IMG/VR virus record: IMGVR_UViG_3300012642_000011 | Span: 352,001-416,000 of that record | From: a virus | Length of the DNA stretch: 64,000 nt | Reading direction: 5' to 3' (one strand) | Shown here: positions 58,025 through 64,000 of the stretch, piece by piece | Position numbering within the stretch: position 1 is the stretch's first letter | How the letters are laid out: the number at the start of each line of letters is the position of its first letter | Translations under genes and position numbers: made by a program | Notes under the pieces: model-generated | The model's input: only the letters and a program-made list of their open reading frames with translations | The model's database searches: none | Told to the model about the DNA's origin: nothing

Positions 58025-58816
58025 TCAGCAGGTAGCAAGAGCTTTAGACAATTCCTTTTTATCGTCTTCTGTGACGGATACTTTGTACTTATCTGCCACA
58101 GTGATCCATGAGACAGCATAATCGCAATGGAGTGACTTATTGGGTGGCATGTACTCAGAGGGGCCTTTGCTTCCTTTCTTTCTGTTCTCTGATGCTGATG
58201 CAGCAATCAGATTCAAAGGATCGTTGGCAAATGACTCTTTCGTATTTTTATCCCAACTCACTCCACCATGAGATGATGCGTACTCAAGGGGTATGATGTG
58301 ATCAATATCAAGTTCACCTGGGTCTGTAATCTCTACATTGCTGTACGGATCAACCCATTTACCTGACTCAACTCTGCATGCAGTGCCTGATCGCATTGCA
58401 ATGTTAGTTCCGTCACGTTTAAGGGTGTCCTGTCGAGAATCACAGCCGTTACCATCTGGATCACTCCAATGCTTCCAATCGGATCTGCTATAACCTTGTG
58501 TCACTGGTGCCGAAACAGCAATTCCCTTAAGTTTGTTCTCCATCTTGCCAACTTCTTCTTTTGTTGGAGCGGGAGATTCTTTGCTGTCCTTACCACCTGG
58601 CTTCAAAGAGCCTTCAATGTAATCACAATCTTTAAACCAGCTGGTAACACACTGAGACCATCGATCAGATTGACTCCTTAGGTTCTCTATGAGATCCTTT
58701 GAAGATTTGACGTTGTTTACATTCATGGCAGCGTAAACTAAACCGCCTACCAAGAATAACGCCACAATACTCGTGATCGCGTTACCCAAACCCATTCCTG
58801 AAGACTTCTTTGCCAT
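58025..58816 (-). CDS. Membrane-anchored His-Me finger (HNH/DUF1524-like) nuclease
   Basis: Signal anchor NAITSIVALFLVGGLVYAA. C-terminal DIDHIIPLEYASSHGG ... NLIAASASENRKKGSKG, matching the DHxxP...N...N pattern of secreted His-Me nucleases. Confidence 0.5.
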   Translation of the reverse strand: MAKKSSGMGLGNAITSIVALFLVGGLVYAAMNVNNVKSSKDLIENLRSQSDRWSQCVTSWFKDCDYIEGSLKPGGKDSKESPAPTKEEVGKMENKLKGIAVSAPVTQGYSRSDWKHWSDPDGNGCDSRQDTLKRDGTNIAMRSGTACRVESGKWVDPYSNVEITDPGELDIDHIIPLEYASSHGGVSWDKNTKESFANDPLNLIAASASENRKKGSKGPSEYMPPNKSLHCDYAVSWITVADKYKVSVTEDDKKELSKALATC

Positions 58817-58835
58817 ATGTGATCACATTCTCCTC

Positions 58836-60221
58836 TCATGCAACATCAATTTCGTCGCCAACCTCTGAATTGAAATTAAATCCCGATGTTGCCATGAAGG
58901 CAAGGTTGGCATGTTGAACAAAGTCTTTGTCTCTCATCCTGTCACCAGGCATCTGCTCAAGCAGAGCATCTACTTGATCGGCACCTGTCCTTCTCAACTT
59001 CACTTGGTGTCTTTCATAAGATGAGATAATGGATGCACACTTCTTGTTCAAATCTTCAAGGGTGCTTGCTTCCACAGCAATTCTGAATTTTCCTTCAATC
59101 CATGGGCTTGCATCAGATGCCAAAATGTCACTCAGAATATTGATGTCAGAGAGAGACTTGTAAGCATCTGATGGTATTCCCGTGATCTGGGCATCATATC
59201 TATCCTGTCCTGCCTCAATGTTCTTCATCTCGTCCTTGTGTTCTTTTCTTTTCTTCTCTACTTCCCTTCTCATCTTTGAGGATGGGACCAAAATAAATCT
59301 GCCGTAACAGGTGAATGGTTCCCTGAGCATGGAAGAGTAGTAGAGAAATGGTGGCATACCAGGGAAATTGAAAGTGTCTGGGAACTTCTCAAAAACAAGA
59401 GATGCTCTGTATCCTTCAAGTTCAATGTCCTCAAACATTTGAGTGAACTTCAAGTGATTCCACTTCTTTTCAATATGAGATCCGACCTCTCTGGCAATGT
59501 CTCCAGGACCCACTCTGGTCTTATCGCTGACAAGCAAGTAAGGGGAAGGCATACCAGGATAAAGTGGTCTTTTAACCATGAGGAGGATTTCTTCTGTTGT
59601 TGCTCTTTCCGCCTTGAAGTCGCCTGTGCTGATCACTCTAAAGAAGTCTTGTTCTCTTCTTCTCATTGCTCTTTCTTCTTCTTCTGAGATTTTGCTGCCA
59701 GGTGGGGAAGCGATTTTATCAATGAGATCGTAAATATAATTCTTTGCTTCTACCAATCCAGCTTCAAACACATTGGGAATGTCAAGAGCACCTCTATTGG
59801 CAATCTTCACTCCAATGTATGTTGTCTTCTTAGTAAATGCCTCTCTTTCAAGGAATGCATCCTGAGCATCAAGGTAGTTGCTTAGTTCAGGAGATGTTTC
59901 CCATCCTTCAGATTCCACTTCAATCTGTGCTCTCCATGCATCAATGTCAATAGGGACGTGTGTAGCAATAATTTGGATTTCGAGTTCTTGATCAGAATTG
60001 AGGGCAAGGGAAGATAGCGCCCTGCCTGTCATCAATGCTGTTGAGATTCGCTGCTGTATATCAAGAAAGTCAAAGGACATAGTACTGATTTTGTAATAGG
60101 CATAAACATCTTTTTTGGAGAATGTGATGTTGTCTATGATTCCATTGATGGCAATGTCTAGCACCTTTCCTTTCTTCCTTGGCTCACGATTTTTGCTCTT
60201 GGCCTTATCTCTTCCTGCCAT
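58836..60221 (-). CDS. Hypothetical cytoplasmic protein (461 aa)
   Basis: Intact ORF. No Walker motifs and no recognisable relaxase motifs. Confidence 0.3.
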   Translation of the reverse strand: MAGRDKAKSKNREPRKKGKVLDIAINGIIDNITFSKKDVYAYYKISTMSFDFLDIQQRISTALMTGRALSSLALNSDQELEIQIIATHVPIDIDAWRAQIEVESEGWETSPELSNYLDAQDAFLEREAFTKKTTYIGVKIANRGALDIPNVFEAGLVEAKNYIYDLIDKIASPPGSKISEEEERAMRRREQDFFRVISTGDFKAERATTEEILLMVKRPLYPGMPSPYLLVSDKTRVGPGDIAREVGSHIEKKWNHLKFTQMFEDIELEGYRASLVFEKFPDTFNFPGMPPFLYYSSMLREPFTCYGRFILVPSSKMRREVEKKRKEHKDEMKNIEAGQDRYDAQITGIPSDAYKSLSDINILSDILASDASPWIEGKFRIAVEASTLEDLNKKCASIISSYERHQVKLRRTGADQVDALLEQMPGDRMRDKDFVQHANLAFMATSGFNFNSEVGDEIDVA

Positions 60222-60254
60222 CCCTGTTCTCCTTAAAAATCAATATTTTCCATG

Positions 60255-60305
60255 ATAAAAATCAATATCATAAAATAAGGAGAGGTGGCTAAATGCCACC
60301 TCTCC
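60255..60305 (-). terminator. Strong rho-independent terminator after the small pilin-like gene
   Basis: 11-bp perfect stem ggagaggtggc / gccacctctcc with a 5-nt loop, followed by a T-rich tract (TTATTTTATGATATTGATTTTT). Confidence 0.55.
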
Positions 60306-60331
60306 ACTATCTATCCGCATTATGAGACGAA

Positions 60332-60619
60332 TCAGTTACCACTTACTTCATCTATAACGCTCTTACCCGCACCTGATAGGTTTCCCTTCTCGCCAAAGAG
60401 TGAGTCTCCACTGAAGATGAAGAGAGACGCGATCACAGCGATAAGTGCGAATGTCAGGAAGCCCATAACCTGTTTCCTCACGGCAAGCGTGATGGCAATA
60501 ACAGCGATGATGGCGATGAAAGCTGGTCCAAGCCAGTCACTGATGACAGTGTTGGTAAGGTTTCCCAGTCCCTGTCCCTGTACAAAGATAAGGTCATTTG
60601 CAATTGCAAGAATTTCCAT
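60332..60619 (-). CDS. Small two-helix membrane protein, VirB2/pilin-like candidate (95 aa)
   Basis: Good RBS GGAGTGATAAACAATG. Two hydrophobic helices and a strong terminator downstream, the usual signature of a highly expressed pilin or VirB2-like gene. Confidence 0.35.
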   Translation of the reverse strand: MEILAIANDLIFVQGQGLGNLTNTVISDWLGPAFIAIIAVIAITLAVRKQVMGFLTFALIAVIASLFIFSGDSLFGEKGNLSGAGKSVIDEVSGN

Positions 60620-60746
60620 TGTTTATCACTCCGTTAATAGTTTTCTGATCAGAAAGGGTCTTCCTCATCAGCGCCATTCAGAATCCCCTACATACAATAT
60701 CTAAGAAGATTTATTGAATGCGATTTATTTTCTAATAACTTCCTTA

Positions 60747-62342
60747 TTAATTTTCTGTATTTGGATCAGCAATATACAAATAAGGTCTAAAATCGCTCAC
60801 CAAATACTTTTCTCCACCCTTCTTTATAGTGATTACATATTTAGAACTGTGGGAAGTAGTGTTAGTTCCACTATTATCATCGGCTGCAGGCTTTTCTCCT
60901 GCAGGAGTAACCTGCTTCTTCAAGTTCAGATCTGCAACAACCTTGAACACAGTGGGATCATCTGTCTCATACAATGTATACTGAATTGTTTCTGAACCCA
61001 GTTGATAAGCATTGTCAAAACCGCTCTTCAGCGTGACGGGAGGATCAGATACAGTATACTGCTGAAGACTCTTATAGTCTTGAGGAGATGATGACATGTA
61101 AGCCTTGACGAATCCTTCTACAGTTGCTCTTGCATCTTCCCCAATTTCAGAATTGGCGGTTCCATTTCCAACCATCAAAGCCTTTGGATTATCGGCAGGA
61201 GATCCAATTCCCACTGGCGCAACCAATGTAGGAGAACCTTCAGCAATAGAGTACATTCCTGTTACGGAGTTGTAGTACACATTCACGTTATAGAACTCTC
61301 TGTCCACTACAGTCTCTGTCTTTGGCTTTGACTTGGAGTTTGAAGCCTGCTCAGTAGTGATAGTTCTCTGCACATTTACACCAATGATATAACTTGCACT
61401 GTTAGGGCTTAAAGCATTCTGTTGGTAAATAACAGCACCATCCACAGGAGATTGTTTAATCCCTGCACCAATACTTCTTCGCGCAGAACCATTAGCAGAT
61501 TGACCGTTCTGATAATCTGAAAGAATACTATCAGTACCCTTGTTGCCATTTGTCAAATATGCTTCAATGAATTGAGTAGCGAATGCTCCACCACCCTCAA
61601 CAGGGAATCCTGTTCGACCAAACTCACTATTAGCAATGCCTCTGATTTCTTCTTCATTATAGTTTTTTGGAGGGAAAAAAACATTCTTAAGCACTATAGC
61701 CGCAATAAGTGCTATCAATCCTAGGACAAGATTTCTGACAAGTTTACGCTTCTTCTCAAGATTTTCTCGGGTGTCATATCGACTTTCCCTGACAACCATG
61801 CCACCAAAGGGGAGGATCTTCTTTTTGTCCTTATCAATGAACTCATCTCTTCCTTGAGGATCTTTGCCTCTTGAAGAAGGACTCTTCTGCTTCAAAGAAG
61901 CCTTAGTTTCCTTCAAAGCATTAGATGTCCCTTCTCTTTGCCTTAAATCTCGTTGCTTCCTCACCCTGTTGATCTTTGCCTGATCAGGGGCATCTCTTGA
62001 ATCCTCACGCATCCTCGCAATTTCGTCCAATGTCTGTTTGCTATATTCAACACTATCGTTGAAATCTTTTTCCTCTTGCTCAAACTGATCAAAAGAAATT
62101 GATTCAAAAGCATCTTCATCATTATCACTTGACTCATCAACCATAGAATCTTCTCTTGATTTCACATCAGGTACATCAGGAGTCTCATCATATGGCGTTT
62201 TTGGCCTAGGCTTCAAATTGATTGTGTCATCAGGGAGATCATCATCCTCAAATTCAATATGGAAATCCGATCCTTCATTCATCTTTGGCCTACTTGGCTG
62301 AGGTAGGTTAAAGTTTCTTTCGTTTTTCTTTGGAAGTGCCAT
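60747..62342 (-). CDS. TcpC/VirB8-like bitopic conjugation protein (tentative)
   Basis: Acidic cytoplasmic N-terminus and a single TM (LVLGLIALIAAIVL). Two extracytoplasmic domains each open with an F..AY(L/M) helix (AFATQFIEAYLT, VEGFVKAYMS), as in the NTF2-like TcpC/VirB8 folds. Confidence 0.4.
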   Translation of the reverse strand: MALPKKNERNFNLPQPSRPKMNEGSDFHIEFEDDDLPDDTINLKPRPKTPYDETPDVPDVKSREDSMVDESSDNDEDAFESISFDQFEQEEKDFNDSVEYSKQTLDEIARMREDSRDAPDQAKINRVRKQRDLRQREGTSNALKETKASLKQKSPSSRGKDPQGRDEFIDKDKKKILPFGGMVVRESRYDTRENLEKKRKLVRNLVLGLIALIAAIVLKNVFFPPKNYNEEEIRGIANSEFGRTGFPVEGGGAFATQFIEAYLTNGNKGTDSILSDYQNGQSANGSARRSIGAGIKQSPVDGAVIYQQNALSPNSASYIIGVNVQRTITTEQASNSKSKPKTETVVDREFYNVNVYYNSVTGMYSIAEGSPTLVAPVGIGSPADNPKALMVGNGTANSEIGEDARATVEGFVKAYMSSSPQDYKSLQQYTVSDPPVTLKSGFDNAYQLGSETIQYTLYETDDPTVFKVVADLNLKKQVTPAGEKPAADDNSGTNTTSHSSKYVITIKKGGEKYLVSDFRPYLYIADPNTEN

Positions 62343-62405
62343 TCCTGCTCCTAAATGGATAAATAATCTGATGAAAACAATATCATTGATGTGGTACCCT
62401 TATAA

Positions 62406-64000
62406 TTAATCATCATCTGGAAGATCATCACTTTCTTCATCATCAAATGACATAGAACTCAAAGTAGACACAGAACGCATTGCTGAATGATCAACTGCGC
62501 TACTCACACTCTGATCATGACGAGAAGAATCAGCACGAGACTTGAAAGGAGATTCTGAAAGAGCAGAAAAATCCATCTTTTCCTTACTCAAAATCTCCTC
62601 CTCCGTCTTTGCAACCGTGGGATCACTCTTCTTTTCAGATGAAGATGTGCTTCTCCTTGAATCAGAAATCAAAGATTCCTTTGCGGGCAATTCCCTCTTA
62701 ACTCTTTCTTTTCTTTGGTTTATAATATGCTGTGCAGCATCAGGAGATTCAAAGAAATTACCAGAATCTACAAGAGGCTCCGGTTCCTTTTTGGAAGGCT
62801 GATACTCTGTGTCATCAATCTGCTCTATGCCCTCATTGATGATTTCACCTTCTTCTATTCGAGAAATGGTGAAATCATCATCATCAATGATCTCATCACT
62901 TTCATTCATCTGACCATAATACTCATCATAACTCACTTGAGATACATGTTCTGCATCAACATCATTATATGCGGTATCAAAATCTGAATCATCATAGTGA
63001 TCACCGTTTTCAGAAACGAAATCTCCGTCCTCATCTACAACAGGAGGAAGTTCAACTCTCTCAAGAACCTTGGATGCAGGGATCATCCAGCACTCTTCAG
63101 CAACAGCGCCGACAATGCCATCATGCCTTGGGTCAGCAGAAGACTTCTTCACAATGATAGCAGTGGCCTTCCAACCGTTACTTGGGTTAGGCATGCTTAG
63201 TCCCATCATCTTTCTTGGCGGAACTTTCCAATCCTCGACTTCCTCAATCCTCACATTGTTGTTTCTCTTGTTCTTGAAGTTAAGGGAGAAGAATCCTGTC
63301 TTTGACATATTGGTTTGAGAGTATCGCGTCACTCTTTCCTGACCAATGACTTTACTAACTCGCTCTGCTGAACTTTGTGCTGAACCACCATGAATGAAAT
63401 AGTTTGCCACTGTATCCAGAATAGAGTTCAACTGTGCTTCTCCATTAGAGCCTGCTGCAGCAATGACCTGCTCAAAAGACTGAGAAGCAATAGTCATAGC
63501 AAGATAAGATGAACGTGCTTTCTCCAACAATGGTCTGAGTACTTGGGGGTCAACTGCTTGGAACTCATCAATGTACACACAAACCTGATTATTGATAGTA
63601 TTGTTTCTTCTCTTTGCAGATACCTGAGCAAGATCTGCCATGATCAAAGATCCAAAATACTTTGAAAAGTCAGGAGAACCATCAGCGTCAATGGAGAAAA
63701 GAACAACATTTCCACCAGTCTTGGTCAATTCAAATAGATTGATGTTGTTTGTGCTTTCTGAAGATGTTTTCAGCCATTGACCATATCCTGAAGCAATCAT
63801 TGTTCTCAACGTTCCCTGAAGTTCTCCAAAAGCCTGATGCAATGTGCTCTTAGACGACTGGATTGCTTCTGCAACCTGCATGAATGGGATACCTATTTCT
63901 GGATGATGCTTTTTAACACTCTCACCAAGAGTAATAAAACTTGAGTCACTTTCTACTGCAGAATAAACCTTATATATTTCACCATGATCCCAATCAATAT
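62406..64000 (-). CDS. Type IV coupling protein (VirD4/TraG family) C-terminal part (gene continues past the window end)
   Basis: Walker B VCVYIDEFQAV, then AMTIASQSFEQV (the TraG/VirD4 Q-motif region). The frame stays open from 63881 to 64000. A long acidic C-terminal tail ends DDEESDDLPDDD. Confidence 0.65.
   Translation of the reverse strand, partial: IDWDHGEIYKVYSAVESDSSFITLGESVKKHHPEIGIPFMQVAEAIQSSKSTLHQAFGELQGTLRTMIASGYGQWLKTSSESTNNINLFELTKTGGNVVLFSIDADGSPDFSKYFGSLIMADLAQVSAKRRNNTINNQVCVYIDEFQAVDPQVLRPLLEKARSSYLAMTIASQSFEQVIAAAGSNGEAQLNSILDTVANYFIHGGSAQSSAERVSKVIGQERVTRYSQTNMSKTGFFSLNFKNKRNNNVRIEEVEDWKVPPRKMMGLSMPNPSNGWKATAIIVKKSSADPRHDGIVGAVAEECWMIPASKVLERVELPPVVDEDGDFVSENGDHYDDSDFDTAYNDVDAEHVSQVSYDEYYGQMNESDEIIDDDDFTISRIEEGEIINEGIEQIDDTEYQPSKKEPEPLVDSGNFFESPDAAQHIINQRKERVKRELPAKESLISDSRRSTSSSEKKSDPTVAKTEEEILSKEKMDFSALSESPFKSRADSSRHDQSVSSAVDHSAMRSVSTLSSMSFDDEESDDLPDDD

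Overview
All supportable genes in this 64-kb window lie on the minus strand in one co-directional array with many stop/start overlaps. That layout, and the gene content, fit a large mobile genetic element (conjugative plasmid or ICE-like, with a phage-like replication and recombination block) rather than core chromosome. GC is roughly 40% by eye, and every long ORF reads through under the standard genetic code. The plus-strand ORFs in the track are antisense shadows. Gene order below follows the transcription direction, from high to low coordinates.

- The window ends inside a VirD4/TraG-like coupling ATPase (62406..64000, partial), followed by a TcpC/VirB8-like bitopic protein and a small two-helix pilin-like protein with a strong terminator.
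- Next come an unknown 461-aa protein, a membrane-anchored His-Me/HNH-like nuclease, three tandem TadE-like pseudopilin genes, and a PIN-PhoH (PhoH2) ATPase.
- Then a 1927-aa VirB6/TrbL-like polytopic protein with a roughly 800-aa disordered tail containing 102-bp tandem repeats, and a lysozyme+CHAP cell-wall hydrolase.
- After a run of small membrane-anchored proteins there is an embedded RpoD-like sigma factor.
- A TnpB-only IS200/IS605-family insertion sits upstream of a solitary SbcC/Rad50-like ATPase.
- Downstream are a VirB11/CpaF-type secretion ATPase, a second sigma-like protein, HU-like proteins and a GNAT acetyltransferase.
- Two further giant VirB6-like paralogs (1397 and 1105 aa) are followed by secreted and surface proteins.
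- The window finishes with an SSB-like protein, an FtsK-like remnant, a BI-1/YccA membrane protein, an RNA/DNA ligase, an HNH endonuclease, a VWA plus HExxH protein paired with an AAA_5 ATPase on either side of RecA, a DnaB helicase, two unknowns, and the start of a class-A PBP/GT51 transglycosylase (1..1421).

The most interesting signal is a Gram-positive-type conjugative type IV secretion set (coupling protein, VirB8-like, hydrolase, three VirB6-like giants) combined with a Tad/Com-like pseudopilin module, a VirB11-type traffic ATPase, a membrane nuclease and two sigma factors. I saw no CRISPR array, rRNA or tRNA.
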